From Escherichia coli (GTDB lineage Bacteria; Pseudomonadota; Gammaproteobacteria; Enterobacterales; Enterobacteriaceae): a stretch of DNA of 64,000 nt. The notes beneath the pieces were generated by a model that was not told the origin of the DNA, ran no database searches, and worked only from the letters and a program-made list of their open reading frames with translations. Location: NCBI RefSeq assembly GCF_013315695.1, contig NZ_CP054353.1; one strand, given 5' to 3'. The position numbers and the translations under genes are program-made. Shown here in pieces: positions 52,047-63,824 of this stretch (its first letter is position 1; every line of letters begins with the position of its first letter).

Positions 52047-54191
52047 GTGTCCCGTATTATTATGCTGATCCCTACCGGAACCAGCGTCGGTCTGACCAGC
52101 GTCAGCCTTGGCGTGATCCGTGCAATGGAACGCAAAGGCGTTCGTCTGAGCGTTTTCAAACCTATCGCTCAGCCGCGTACCGGTGGCGATGCGCCCGATC
52201 AGACTACGACTATCGTGCGTGCGAACTCTTCCACCACGACGGCCGCTGAACCGCTGAAAATGAGCTACGTTGAAGGTCTGCTTTCCAGCAATCAGAAAGA
52301 TGTGCTGATGGAAGAGATCGTCGCGAACTACCACGCTAACACCAAAGACGCTGAAGTCGTTCTGGTTGAAGGTCTGGTCCCGACACGTAAACACCAGTTT
52401 GCCCAGTCTCTGAACTACGAAATCGCTAAAACGCTGAATGCGGAAATCGTCTTCGTTATGTCTCAGGGCACTGATACTCCGGAACAGTTGAAAGAGCGTA
52501 TCGAACTGACTCGCAACAGCTTCGGCGGTGCAAAAAACACCAATATTACCGGCGTTATCGTTAACAAACTGAACGCTCCGGTTGATGAGCAGGGTCGTAC
52601 CCGTCCGGATCTGTCCGAGATTTTTGACGACTCCACCAAAGCAAAAGTGAACAACGTTGATCCGGCGAAGCTGCAAGAATCCAGCCCGCTGCCGGTTCTC
52701 GGCGCTGTGCCGTGGAGCTTTGACCTGATCGCGACTCGTGCGATCGATATGGCTCGCCACCTGAATGCGACCATCATCAACGAAGGCGACATCAATACTC
52801 GCCGCGTTAAATCCGTCACTTTCTGCGCACGCAGCATTCCGCACATGCTGGAGCACTTCCGTGCCGGTTCTCTGCTGGTGACTTCCGCAGACCGCCCTGA
52901 CGTGCTGGTTGCCGCTTGCCTGGCTGCCATGAACGGCGTAGAAATCAGTGCCCTGCTGCTGACTGGCGGCTACGAAATGGACGCGCGCATTTCTAAACTG
53001 TGCGAACGTGCTTTCGCTACTGGCCTGCCGGTATTTATGGTGAACACCAACACCTGGCAGACCTCTCTGAGCCTGCAGAGCTTCAACCTGGAAGTTCCGG
53101 TTGACGATCATGAGCGTATCGAGAAAGTTCAGGAATACGTGGCTAACTACATCAACGCTGACTGGATCGATTCTCTGACTGCCACTTCTGAGCGCAGCCG
53201 TCGTCTGTCTCCGCCAGCGTTCCGTTATCAGCTGACTGAACTTGCGCGCAAAGCGGGCAAACGTATCGTTCTGCCGGAAGGTGACGAACCGCGTACCGTT
53301 AAAGCAGCCGCTATCTGTGCTGAACGTGGTATCGCAACTTGCGTACTGCTGGGTAATCCGGCAGAGATCAACCGTGTTGCAGCCTCTCAGGGTGTAGAAC
53401 TGGGTGCAGGCATTGAAATCGTTGATCCAGAAGTGGTTCGCGAAAACTATGTTGGTCGTCTGGTCGAACTGCGTAAGAACAAAGGCATGACCGAAACCGT
53501 TGCCCGCGAACAGCTGGAAGACAACGTGGTTCTCGGTACGCTGATGCTGGAACAAGATGAAGTTGATGGTCTGGTTTCCGGTGCTGTTCACACCACCGCA
53601 AACACCATCCGTCCGCCGCTGCAGCTGATCAAAACTGCACCGGGCAGCTCCCTGGTATCTTCCGTGTTCTTCATGCTGTTGCCGGAACAGGTTTACGTTT
53701 ACGGTGACTGTGCGATCAACCCGGATCCGACTGCAGAACAGCTGGCAGAAATCGCGATTCAGTCCGCTGATTCCGCTGCGGCCTTCGGTATCGAACCGCG
53801 CGTTGCTATGCTCTCCTACTCCACCGGGACTTCTGGTGCTGGTAGCGACGTAGAAAAAGTTCGCGAAGCAACTCGTCTGGCGCAGGAAAAACGTCCTGAC
53901 CTGATGATCGACGGTCCGCTGCAGTACGACGCTGCGGTAATGGCTGACGTTGCGAAATCCAAAGCACCGAACTCTCCGGTTGCAGGTCGCGCTACCGTGT
54001 TCATCTTCCCGGATCTGAACACCGGTAACACCACCTACAAAGCGGTACAGCGTTCTGCCGATCTGATCTCCATCGGGCCGATGCTGCAGGGTATGCGCAA
54101 GCCGGTTAACGATCTGTCCCGTGGCGCACTGGTTGACGATATCGTCTACACCATCGCGCTGACTGCGATTCAGTCTGCACAGCAGCAGTAA
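52047..54191 (+). CDS. pta: phosphate acetyltransferase
   Basis: 714-aa ORF with GTG start; N-terminal DRTGG/CobQ-like regulatory part and C-terminal PTA domain. Confidence 0.95.
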   Translation: MSRIIMLIPTGTSVGLTSVSLGVIRAMERKGVRLSVFKPIAQPRTGGDAPDQTTTIVRANSSTTTAAEPLKMSYVEGLLSSNQKDVLMEEIVANYHANTKDAEVVLVEGLVPTRKHQFAQSLNYEIAKTLNAEIVFVMSQGTDTPEQLKERIELTRNSFGGAKNTNITGVIVNKLNAPVDEQGRTRPDLSEIFDDSTKAKVNNVDPAKLQESSPLPVLGAVPWSFDLIATRAIDMARHLNATIINEGDINTRRVKSVTFCARSIPHMLEHFRAGSLLVTSADRPDVLVAACLAAMNGVEISALLLTGGYEMDARISKLCERAFATGLPVFMVNTNTWQTSLSLQSFNLEVPVDDHERIEKVQEYVANYINADWIDSLTATSERSRRLSPPAFRYQLTELARKAGKRIVLPEGDEPRTVKAAAICAERGIATCVLLGNPAEINRVAASQGVELGAGIEIVDPEVVRENYVGRLVELRKNKGMTETVAREQLEDNVVLGTLMLEQDEVDGLVSGAVHTTANTIRPPLQLIKTAPGSSLVSSVFFMLLPEQVYVYGDCAINPDPTAEQLAEIAIQSADSAAAFGIEPRVAMLSYSTGTSGAGSDVEKVREATRLAQEKRPDLMIDGPLQYDAAVMADVAKSKAPNSPVAGRATVFIFPDLNTGNTTYKAVQRSADLISIGPMLQGMRKPVNDLSRGALVDDIVYTIALTAIQSAQQQ

Positions 54192-54230
54192 TCTCGTCAT
54201 CATCCGCAGCTTTGCGCTGCGGATATCGGA

Positions 54231-54262
54231 ACCGGAAATAGTCACTATTTCCGGTTTTTTAT
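54231..54262 (+). terminator. rho-independent terminator after pta
   Basis: CCGGAAATAG-TCAC-TATTTCCGG followed by TTTTTTATTC; preceded by a second hairpin CCGCAGC-TTTGC-GCTGCGG. Confidence 0.75.
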
Positions 54263-54380
54263 TCTCTTAATTTGCATTAATCCTTTCTGATTATCTTGCT
54301 TAACTGCGCTGCATCAATGAATTGCGCCATCTCACTTTGCATACTTACCACTTTGTTTTGTGCAAGGGAATATTTGCGCT

Positions 54381-55901
54381 ATGTCCGCAATCACTGAATC
54401 TAAACCAACAAGAAGATGGGCAATGCCCGATACGTTGGTGATTATCTTTTTTGTTGCTATTTTAACCAGCCTTGCCACCTGGGTAGTTCCGGTGGGGATG
54501 TTTGACAGTCAGGAAGTGCAGTATCAGGTTGATGGTCAAACAAAAACACGCAAAGTCGTAGATCCACACTCATTTCGCATTCTGACTAACGAAGCAGGCG
54601 AACCTGAGTATCACCGCGTACAGCTGTTCACGACGGGCGATGAACGCCCGGGTCTGATGAACTTCCCGTTTGAAGGGTTAACCTCAGGATCGAAATACGG
54701 GACAGCCGTTGGCATCATCATGTTTATGCTGGTGATTGGCGGCGCGTTTGGCATTGTGATGCGTACAGGAACCATTGATAACGGTATCCTGGCGCTTATT
54801 CGCCATACTCGCGGGAATGAAATTCTCTTTATTCCTGCGCTGTTTATTCTGTTTTCACTTGGCGGTGCGGTATTTGGTATGGGGGAAGAGGCCGTCGCCT
54901 TTGCCATTATCATCGCACCGCTAATGGTCCGGCTGGGCTATGACAGTATTACCACCGTCCTGGTGACCTATATTGCCACGCAAATCGGTTTTGCCAGTTC
55001 GTGGATGAACCCGTTTTGTGTGGTCGTTGCTCAGGGGATTGCCGGCGTTCCGGTGCTTTCTGGCTCCGGGTTGCGCATCGTGGTGTGGGTTATCGCCACT
55101 CTGATTGGCCTGATCTTTACCATGGTGTACGCCTCACGAGTGAAAAAGAATCCTCTTCTGTCACGCGTGCATGAGTCCGACCGCTTCTTTCGTGAAAAGC
55201 AGGCGGATGTTGAACAACGTCCGTTTACCTTTGGTGACTGGCTGGTATTGATTGTCCTGACCGCCGTAATGGTCTGGGTGATTTGGGGCGTGATCGTTAA
55301 TGCCTGGTTTATTCCAGAAATTGCCAGCCAGTTCTTCACCATGGGTCTGGTGATTGGCATCATCGGCGTTGTTTTCCGCCTTAACGGCATGACGGTTAAT
55401 ACCATGGCTTCATCCTTCACCGAAGGGGCGCGAATGATGATCGCCCCTGCCCTGCTGGTAGGTTTCGCCAAAGGGATTTTGCTGCTGGTCGGTAATGGTG
55501 AAGCGGGTGATGCCAGCGTGTTAAATACCATCCTCAACAGCATTGCCAATGCCATTAGCGGTCTGGATAACGCGGTCGCGGCCTGGTTTATGTTGCTCTT
55601 CCAGGCGGTATTTAATTTCTTCGTGACGTCCGGTTCTGGTCAGGCGGCGTTAACCATGCCGTTACTGGCACCGCTTGGCGATCTGGTCGGTGTTAACCGT
55701 CAGGTTACCGTGCTGGCGTTCCAGTTTGGTGATGGCTTCAGCCACATCATTTACCCGACCTCAGCTTCGTTAATGGCAACGCTCGGTGTTTGCCGGGTGG
55801 ACTTCCGTAACTGGCTGAAGGTGGGCGCGACCCTGCTTGGACTGCTGTTTATTATGTCCAGCGTCGTGGTGATCGGCGCTCAGTTGATGGGCTACCACTA
55901 A
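54381..55901 (+). CDS. yfcC: putative C4-dicarboxylate anaerobic carrier-like inner membrane protein
   Basis: ATG at 54381 gives 506 aa MSAITESKPTRRWAMPDTL...; track ORF starts 7 codons upstream. Confidence 0.85.
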   Translation: MSAITESKPTRRWAMPDTLVIIFFVAILTSLATWVVPVGMFDSQEVQYQVDGQTKTRKVVDPHSFRILTNEAGEPEYHRVQLFTTGDERPGLMNFPFEGLTSGSKYGTAVGIIMFMLVIGGAFGIVMRTGTIDNGILALIRHTRGNEILFIPALFILFSLGGAVFGMGEEAVAFAIIIAPLMVRLGYDSITTVLVTYIATQIGFASSWMNPFCVVVAQGIAGVPVLSGSGLRIVVWVIATLIGLIFTMVYASRVKKNPLLSRVHESDRFFREKQADVEQRPFTFGDWLVLIVLTAVMVWVIWGVIVNAWFIPEIASQFFTMGLVIGIIGVVFRLNGMTVNTMASSFTEGARMMIAPALLVGFAKGILLLVGNGEAGDASVLNTILNSIANAISGLDNAVAAWFMLLFQAVFNFFVTSGSGQAALTMPLLAPLGDLVGVNRQVTVLAFQFGDGFSHIIYPTSASLMATLGVCRVDFRNWLKVGATLLGLLFIMSSVVVIGAQLMGYH

Positions 55902-55909
55902 AAATGTTA

Positions 55910-55935
55910 AGAGCCGCAATTGCGGCTCTTTTTTC
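55910..55935. terminator. bidirectional terminator between yfcC and yfcD
   Basis: 20-nt perfect palindrome AGAGCCGCAATTGCGGCTCT followed by TTTTTT. Confidence 0.7.
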
Positions 55936-56476
55936 ATTCTGCCGTTTCAGTTTCTACGGCTTCATTTTTGGCATTGCGCTTCATCCACAACGCCAGCGCT
56001 TTCAGCGAGTCTGGAGTGAACTCATCGCAGCGTGCGGTGATTTCTTCCGGCGTCAGCCAGCAAACTTCACTGACTTCATCTTCCTGTAGGGCGAAGGGAC
56101 CGTGAGAGACGCAACTGAACAACGCGCCCCAGACACGGCAATTTTTATCTTCGAAATAGAACTGCCCGTGCTCGGCAAAGGGGACACCGGCAATGCCCAA
56201 CTCTTCTTCCGCTTCGCGACGCGCGGATTCCAGCAGTTGCTCATCGGCCTGGACCACACCGCCTGCGGTCGCATCTAACATGCCGGGTAAAAAGTCTTTT
56301 GTCTCGGTACGACGCTGGACCAGAATTTTGCCCATGCCATCATGCACGACGATGTAAGTTGCACGATGACGCAGACACTGTGCCCGCATCTGTTCCCGGC
56401 TGGCTTGTGCAATGACTTCGTTCTCTTCATTGACAATATCCACCCATTCAGTACTTGCCAAACGACGCTGTTCCAT
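55934..56476 (-). CDS. yfcD: Nudix hydrolase
   Basis: 180-aa ORF with Nudix box ([24 protein letters not shown]). Confidence 0.85.
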
Positions 56477-56533
56477 TATCAGGAAACCTTCTTTTTCTGG
56501 CGCTCTTACGGCGCATTTTGAGTTGTGGGTAAA

Positions 56534-57088
56534 TTACGGATTAATCGCGACCTGCGCAATGATACTTTGATCATTGAGTGCGATTACACTAAGTACGTCA
56601 TTATCCAGCATGCCATAACTCGCCGGATTACCGCCTTTAGGAATACTCACCGAGCCGGGATTGAAGTGGAAAATCTCCCCCCGCTGTTCTGCCACTGGCA
56701 GATGGGTATGACCGTACACCAGCACATCGTTCTGGTTTAAAGCAGGTAGGTTTTCCGGGCCAAAAAGATGACCATGCGTCAAAAACAGACGTTGTTTTTC
56801 CAGTAATACCTGTTGCCATGGCGCGGTTATCGGGAAATGCAAAAGCATTTGATCCACTTCGCTGTCGCAGTTGCCGCGCACAGCGATAACCTTATGTGCC
56901 ACTTCATTAAGCCGTTCAGCGACTTTGGCTGGCGCGTAACCCTCCGGTAAAGCATTACGCGGGCCGTGATTCAACACGTCGCCAAGGATCACCAGCCACT
57001 GGGCACCGCTTTGGGCAAACAACTCCAGAACACGTTCCGTCGCCGGTAACGACCCATGAATGTCCGATGCAAACATCAGTTTCATCAC
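56534..57088 (-). CDS. yfcE: calcineurin-like metallophosphoesterase
   Basis: 184-aa ORF with DIHG..GD..NHG motifs. Confidence 0.85.
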   Translation of the reverse strand: MMKLMFASDIHGSLPATERVLELFAQSGAQWLVILGDVLNHGPRNALPEGYAPAKVAERLNEVAHKVIAVRGNCDSEVDQMLLHFPITAPWQQVLLEKQRLFLTHGHLFGPENLPALNQNDVLVYGHTHLPVAEQRGEIFHFNPGSVSIPKGGNPASYGMLDNDVLSVIALNDQSIIAQVAINP

Positions 57089-57091
57089 TCA

Positions 57092-58568
<1,477 letters not shown>

Positions 58569-58624
58569 CAGAAACAGGTTCTCGTGTATTATTTCATCCT
58601 AAGTAAAACAACGGAGAACCTGCA

Positions 58625-58987
58625 ATGGCACAACCTGCCGCTATTATTCGTATAAAGAACCTTCGTTTACGTACGTTTATCGGAATTAAGGAAGAAGAAA
58701 TTAACAACCGTCAGGATATTGTTATCAATGTGACGATCCACTACCCCGCCGATAAAGCGCGCACTAGCGAAGATATCAACGATGCGCTGAATTATCGCAC
58801 CGTAACGAAAAACATTATTCAGCATGTAGAGAATAACCGTTTCTCTTTGCTGGAAAAATTAACTCAGGATGTGCTCGATATCGCACGTGAACATCACTGG
58901 GTGACGTATGCTGAAGTGGAGATCGATAAACTGCACGCGCTGCGCTACGCCGATTCGGTATCCATGACCTTAAGCTGGCAGCGTTAA
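58625..58987 (+). CDS. folX: dihydroneopterin triphosphate 2'-epimerase
   Basis: 120-aa ORF, FolB/FolX fold. Confidence 0.9.
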
Positions 58988-59007
58988 CCGCCATATCGGG
59001 AGGCTGC

Positions 59008-59901
59008 ATGAAGATAGTGATCACCGGAGGGACGGGATTAATTGGTCGCCATTTGATTCCGCGTTTGCTGGATCTGGGCCATCAAATCACGGTAGTGACG
59101 CGTAACCCGCAGAAAGCCAGTTCCGTTCTCGGCCCTCGGGTGACACTATGGCAAGGGCTTGCCGATCAAAGTAACCTCAACGGCGTTGATGCGGTAATCA
59201 ACCTGGCCGGAGAACCGATTGCTGATAAACGCTGGACTCACGAGCAAAAAGAGCGTCTCTGCCAAAGCCGCTGGAATATCACGCAAAAACTGGTCGATTT
59301 GATTAATGCCAGCGACACGCCACCGTCGGTACTCATTTCCGGCTCGGCAACGGGCTATTATGGCGACTTAGGTGAAGTGGTGGTTACCGAAGAGGAACCG
59401 CCGCATAACGAATTTACCCATAAACTCTGCGCCCGCTGGGAAGAAATTGCCTGTCGGGCACAAAGTGACAAAACGCGAGTGTGCCTGCTGCGTACCGGCG
59501 TAGTGCTGGCACCGGATGGCGGTATTCTCGGTAAAATGCTGCCGCCGTTTCGTCTTGGCCTGGGCGGGCCGATTGGTTCCGGTCGGCAGTATCTGGCCTG
59601 GATTCATATTGATGATATGGTCAACGGCATTCTCTGGCTGCTGGATAACGAGCTGCGCGGGCCATTTAATATGGTTTCGCCCTACCCGGTACGCAATGAA
59701 CAATTTGCCCATGCGCTCGGTCATGCGCTGCATCGCCCGGCTATTTTGCGCGTCCCCGCAACCGCCATTCGGCTGTTAATGGGCGAATCTTCAGTACTGG
59801 TATTAGGTGGACAACGCGCGCTGCCTAAACGGCTGGAAGAAGCGGGTTTTGCGTTTCGTTGGTACGATTTAGAAGAGGCGCTGGAAAACGTAGTCCAGTA
59901 A
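59008..59901 (+). CDS. yfcH: NAD-dependent epimerase/dehydratase family protein (SDR fold)
   Basis: 297-aa ORF with N-terminal Rossmann motif (ITGGTGLIG). Confidence 0.85.
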   Translation: MKIVITGGTGLIGRHLIPRLLDLGHQITVVTRNPQKASSVLGPRVTLWQGLADQSNLNGVDAVINLAGEPIADKRWTHEQKERLCQSRWNITQKLVDLINASDTPPSVLISGSATGYYGDLGEVVVTEEEPPHNEFTHKLCARWEEIACRAQSDKTRVCLLRTGVVLAPDGGILGKMLPPFRLGLGGPIGSGRQYLAWIHIDDMVNGILWLLDNELRGPFNMVSPYPVRNEQFAHALGHALHRPAILRVPATAIRLLMGESSVLVLGGQRALPKRLEEAGFAFRWYDLEEALENVVQ

Positions 59902-59912
59902 TTTTTTACGTT

Positions 59913-59955
59913 CTTTCATGCCTGGCAATTATTACCAGGCATGAAAGCGCGTTAT
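59913..59955 (+). terminator. rho-independent terminator after yfcH, at the left edge of the inserted operon
   Basis: CTTTCATGCCTGG-CAATTATTA-CCAGGCATGAAAG followed by CGCGTTATTTACC. Confidence 0.65.
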
Positions 59956-59961
59956 TTACCT

Positions 59962-61401
59962 TTATCTACGAGCTACTTCGGGCGCGGCATAGCGAGTGCC
60001 AAAACGGCTCCATTTTGCCAGAAAAGCAAATAAAAGAGCGATCGCAAAGCAACTCAAATTAAAAAACGTCCACGGCAGGTAATCAAGTGTTGCAACACCA
60101 AGCGTTTTCGCCATAAACATCCCGGAAATAGTCCAGGGAAAAAGTCCTTCCAGCAAAGTGGCTCCAGACTCCATGGCCCGCGACATATTCACTTTATGCA
60201 ATTGATGTTCGTCATAGCACGGATCATACATGCTTTTGACCAGAAAAAAGCTAATGACGGCATTTCCAGTACAGGCCACTAATAATGTACTGGAAAACAT
60301 CGTAGCCAGAACGACGCTGGTTACAGAGCGTAATTTCTTAACCAGACGTTGCAGGACAATATTTAATCCGCCAGATGCCTCAAGTGCTGATGCAAATAAA
60401 AATGCACAAAGCATCACCACAATCGGACTGACCATAGAATAGATTCCGCCGCGATTGAGAAGCACCATAAGATTTTTAGCCACCAGCGGATCGCTGGCAA
60501 TACCATCAAATTGTAGTAACATGGTATCTTTAAAACCATTTACAGCGGATTGAACCATATCCATCCATGCAATCGGCTGAAATATTGCACCAATAAATAA
60601 AGCGAGGAACGAAGAGGCAATTAATACTACTGTAGTATCCCATTTTTTTAGCGCACCGAAGAACACCAGTAGTGCGGGAAGCAAACACAGCGGATTTAAC
60701 CAAAAAAGTCGCTGTAATACATCTCTCATAATGGCAATATTCTCAATTTGCTGATTCATTTCATTCAGGCCGCTTCCGGCCCACCAGAAGCCAAAACATG
60801 AGACGAAAAAAGCAGGAATAGAGGTATACATCATATTGCGAATACTTTGCCATAACTCGACGCCCGCAGCCATCGCTGCCATATTGGTGGTATCGGAAAG
60901 AGGCGATAATTTATCACCAAAATAGGAACCCGAAATCACCGCCCCGGCGGTAATCGGTAATGAAACGTCCATCGCCGCAGCCACGGCCATCAATGCTACG
61001 CCGATAGTACCCGCCGTACCCCATGATGTTCCGGTAAAAAGAGAGATACAAACTGTCACCAGGAAGGCTGTCAAATAGAGATAATGAGGGCTTACCATTT
61101 CCAGACCATATAAAACCATTAAAGGAATTGTTCCGGAAACTATCCAGCAGCCAATCAACATCCCGATAGAGAGTAAAATAAGCATTGCCGGAACTGCTTC
61201 TTTAATTTTACTCATAAATATATTAACAATATCTCTCCAGCGCGCACCATAATACCTGGCATAAAAAGCAGTAACCAACGTCACTACAATCAACACAAAC
61301 TCCACGGGGGCATTAAGTATCCCGACGCCAGCCAGGAACAATATAAAAATAATAGCCAGAATGATCATCGCCGAGCTAAAGGATGGCTGATTTATTGTCA
61401 T
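59962..61401 (-). CDS. NhaC-family (Na+/H+ antiporter superfamily) membrane transporter, substrate unknown
   Basis: 479-aa polytopic ORF with NhaC-like motifs (GTSWGTAG, GSYFGDKLSPLSDTTN); low GC; start overlaps upstream gene stop (ATGA). Confidence 0.8.
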   Translation of the reverse strand: MTINQPSFSSAMIILAIIFILFLAGVGILNAPVEFVLIVVTLVTAFYARYYGARWRDIVNIFMSKIKEAVPAMLILLSIGMLIGCWIVSGTIPLMVLYGLEMVSPHYLYLTAFLVTVCISLFTGTSWGTAGTIGVALMAVAAAMDVSLPITAGAVISGSYFGDKLSPLSDTTNMAAMAAGVELWQSIRNMMYTSIPAFFVSCFGFWWAGSGLNEMNQQIENIAIMRDVLQRLFWLNPLCLLPALLVFFGALKKWDTTVVLIASSFLALFIGAIFQPIAWMDMVQSAVNGFKDTMLLQFDGIASDPLVAKNLMVLLNRGGIYSMVSPIVVMLCAFLFASALEASGGLNIVLQRLVKKLRSVTSVVLATMFSSTLLVACTGNAVISFFLVKSMYDPCYDEHQLHKVNMSRAMESGATLLEGLFPWTISGMFMAKTLGVATLDYLPWTFFNLSCFAIALLFAFLAKWSRFGTRYAAPEVARR

Positions 61402-62615
61402 GGTTTCGTCCTTAGCGAGTCAAAAGCACGCTCCAGATCGGCAATTAAAAGAGCGGCATTTTCCTGCCCAAGCGAGAGACGAATTAATCCGCGCGGGATC
61501 TCCGCATCAACCAGTGCAGACTGATTATAACCACGGTTAGGTGAGATAATCAGGCTTTCATAGCCGCCCCAGCTACAGCCCGGTTTGAAAATACGGCAGG
61601 CATCGATAAAGCATTTCACTTCCTCAAAGCCGGCTCCTTTTAATTCGAAACTAAACAGTCCTGAAAAGCCACACATCTGGCGACGAATTATCTCTTTTTC
61701 CTTATCTGTAGCGCAGAGAGGATGACGTATATTTTCCACCTCATCACGAGTAGCTAACCATTCAATAACGTTAATCGCGTTATGCTGATGCGTTGCCATT
61801 CTGATCGGGAGTGTTCGTATACCACGTAACAGTAACCAGGCGCTAAACGGCGAAAGCACGGCACCTAATAGCTGATGCGAGAAATCACGAATGATGCTCA
61901 TCAATTCACGGCGGGTGATTACCACACCAGCTAACACATCACTGTGCCCGGCGAGATATTTTGTGCAGGAATGAATGACAATATCAAATCCCAGACTTAA
62001 CGGTTTTTGAAATAGCGGTGTCGGCCAGGTGTTATCAATTGCGGTGATAATCCCATAACGGGTCGCCAGTTGAGCTATCGCCTGTAAATCAACAATCTGC
62101 ATTGTCATGGTGCCGGGTGACTCAGCGTATATCATTCGGGTATTCAGTTTGATTTTTTGTTCAATAATATTGATATCGCCGTTGGAGATAATGTCATATT
62201 CAATATGGTATTTTTTTGCCAGGTTTTTAACTAATTCGATAGCCGGACCATAGATTTGATTAACTAATAAAATATGGTCACCGCTGTTTAACAAACCGAC
62301 CATCACTGCGCTGATTGCCCCCATGCCTGATGCAAAGCACCGCGCCTCTTCCCCCCCCTCCAGCAAAGCAAGTTTGGTTTCAACCATACTTACGGTTGGA
62401 TTTAAGCCGCGACTGTATATGTAACGCTGGGCTTCGTGACGCATATCATCACAATACTGCTGGTAATTCTTCTGCACAAAAAGACTGGTTTGAATAATCG
62501 GCGGCGCAACGGCACCGAAATACTCATCATGATTTTCATTTATACCGGAACAGGCAAGGTAATCGGATTCGGCAATATTTCCATCATTGAGTAACATGTT
62601 CTGATAACTGTTCAT
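61398..62615 (-). CDS. Cys/Met-metabolism PLP-dependent enzyme (cystathionine beta/gamma-lyase or methionine gamma-lyase family)
   Basis: 405-aa ORF with family motifs YSRGLNPT, FASGMGAIS, AIDNTW, DIVIHSCTKYLAGHSD (PLP-Lys), SPFSAWLLLRGIRTL; AAGGGA SD about 8 nt upstream of ATG; low GC. Confidence 0.8.
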   Translation of the reverse strand: MNSYQNMLLNDGNIAESDYLACSGINENHDEYFGAVAPPIIQTSLFVQKNYQQYCDDMRHEAQRYIYSRGLNPTVSMVETKLALLEGGEEARCFASGMGAISAVMVGLLNSGDHILLVNQIYGPAIELVKNLAKKYHIEYDIISNGDINIIEQKIKLNTRMIYAESPGTMTMQIVDLQAIAQLATRYGIITAIDNTWPTPLFQKPLSLGFDIVIHSCTKYLAGHSDVLAGVVITRRELMSIIRDFSHQLLGAVLSPFSAWLLLRGIRTLPIRMATHQHNAINVIEWLATRDEVENIRHPLCATDKEKEIIRRQMCGFSGLFSFELKGAGFEEVKCFIDACRIFKPGCSWGGYESLIISPNRGYNQSALVDAEIPRGLIRLSLGQENAALLIADLERAFDSLRTKP

Positions 62616-62861
62616 TTTATTTCCCTTATGTTTTTGTACAGAGAAATAGTAATATTATCATCTGGAAAAACCTTTGCACTTTTGCCAGTAACGGACTTGC
62701 CGTGGCAGACAATTAAAGAACAGATTGTAGGAACTCACATTTAAATCATATGGATTATGAATATTTTATTTATAAAGAAAAACATATATAAGCGACAAGT
62801 TAAAATACATTGAAGAAAGGGATAAATAAATGTGAGGAATATAGTTACGTTTACTACATGA

Positions 62862-62893
62862 CTGTCTCTTGCGGTCATGACTGCAAGAGACAG
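62862..62893. repeat. 32-bp near-perfect palindrome between the inserted operon and rpnB
   Basis: CTGTCTCTTGCGGTCA/TGACTGCAAGAGACAG with one central mismatch; 29 bp downstream of the rpnB stop. Confidence 0.6.
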
Positions 62894-62921
62894 ATTTAAT
62901 TAGAATAAAGTTCCACAGACG

Positions 62922-63824
62922 TCACTGCTTCTGGTTCAGAAGCTCCTCTGGCGAAAGTCGGGTCAGCGTCAGAACTAACTCTCGGTCTAAACCTCTCTCC
63001 AGCATCTCCTGAGCAATACGCAGGGCTTCTTCGCGTTTGCCCAGAATTAATCCATCATTCCGCCCTTCTTCACGTAATCTGTCAGCAATAGTCATCAGTT
63101 TCTCCTTTTCTTGTGGTGCGCGTTCCGCTATCTCACCAATAAATGCACGGAAACGCTGGGCATCTCCCGTTTGTAATACGTAATTAAACAGGGCTTTTAG
63201 CTGTCTGTCATTAGTGTTCCCTGTAACTAGCAGCGAAACAATTTGGTCGACTAATCCCAACAGATCGCGCTGACGAATATGTTTCTGAATTAACTCCAAC
63301 AGCGCCATTTTGCGATGTTGCATAATCTCGTCATCTGGCACCACGGTAATATCCACCAGCGGAAAAGCTGATGAATATATTTTGCGGGCTATAGCAGGCT
63401 CGGCAAATTCATCAAGCCAGCAGAGTGAATAAGGATAAGGACTTCTGCAACCATGATAAAACAGCATCGGGATCACCAATGGAAGCTCTTTATAGCCTGC
63501 ATCAAGATGGTTTTGCATCGCCGCAATGGAATAGCGCATCATGCGAAAAGCCATTAATTCTTCCGGCTTACTTTGGTGCTCTATCACCACATAAATATAA
63601 CCCGCTCTCTCCTGCGTTTTCACAGACCACAAGAGGTCGGAATAATATTGCCGCAGGTCTTCATCAATAAAACTGTTTGGTTCCAGTTTAAGCGTCGTCA
63701 AATCACACAGTTTGCGCAGCGGCGCGGGAAGATGAATATCAATAAAATCCCGCGCGGTGTCTGGATGGCGTAAAAAAGATTTAAATACCGCATCATGCGG
63801 CGTGGAAGTTGTCGATATTGTCAT
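62922..63824 (-). CDS. rpnB: Rpn-family recombination-promoting nuclease (YhgA-like, transposase_31 / PD-(D/E)XK)
   Basis: 300-aa ORF with the conserved N-terminal HDAVFKSFL motif of Rpn/YhgA-like proteins. Confidence 0.8.
   Translation of the reverse strand: MTISTTSTPHDAVFKSFLRHPDTARDFIDIHLPAPLRKLCDLTTLKLEPNSFIDEDLRQYYSDLLWSVKTQERAGYIYVVIEHQSKPEELMAFRMMRYSIAAMQNHLDAGYKELPLVIPMLFYHGCRSPYPYSLCWLDEFAEPAIARKIYSSAFPLVDITVVPDDEIMQHRKMALLELIQKHIRQRDLLGLVDQIVSLLVTGNTNDRQLKALFNYVLQTGDAQRFRAFIGEIAERAPQEKEKLMTIADRLREEGRNDGLILGKREEALRIAQEMLERGLDRELVLTLTRLSPEELLNQKQ

Noticed and set aside
51975-54245. 756-aa minus-strand ORF antisense to pta; similar long antisense ORFs at 30887..32332 (opposite nuoL), 39446..40888 (opposite nuoC), 36417..37469 (opposite nuoG), 17226..18389 (opposite menB) and 50938..51978 (opposite ackA)
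   Set aside because: Each lies fully inside a well-supported gene on the other strand. Their translations are low-complexity, Arg/His/Gln/Val-rich and lack any recognisable fold or motif. Long stop-free antisense frames are expected opposite highly expressed GC3-biased genes.
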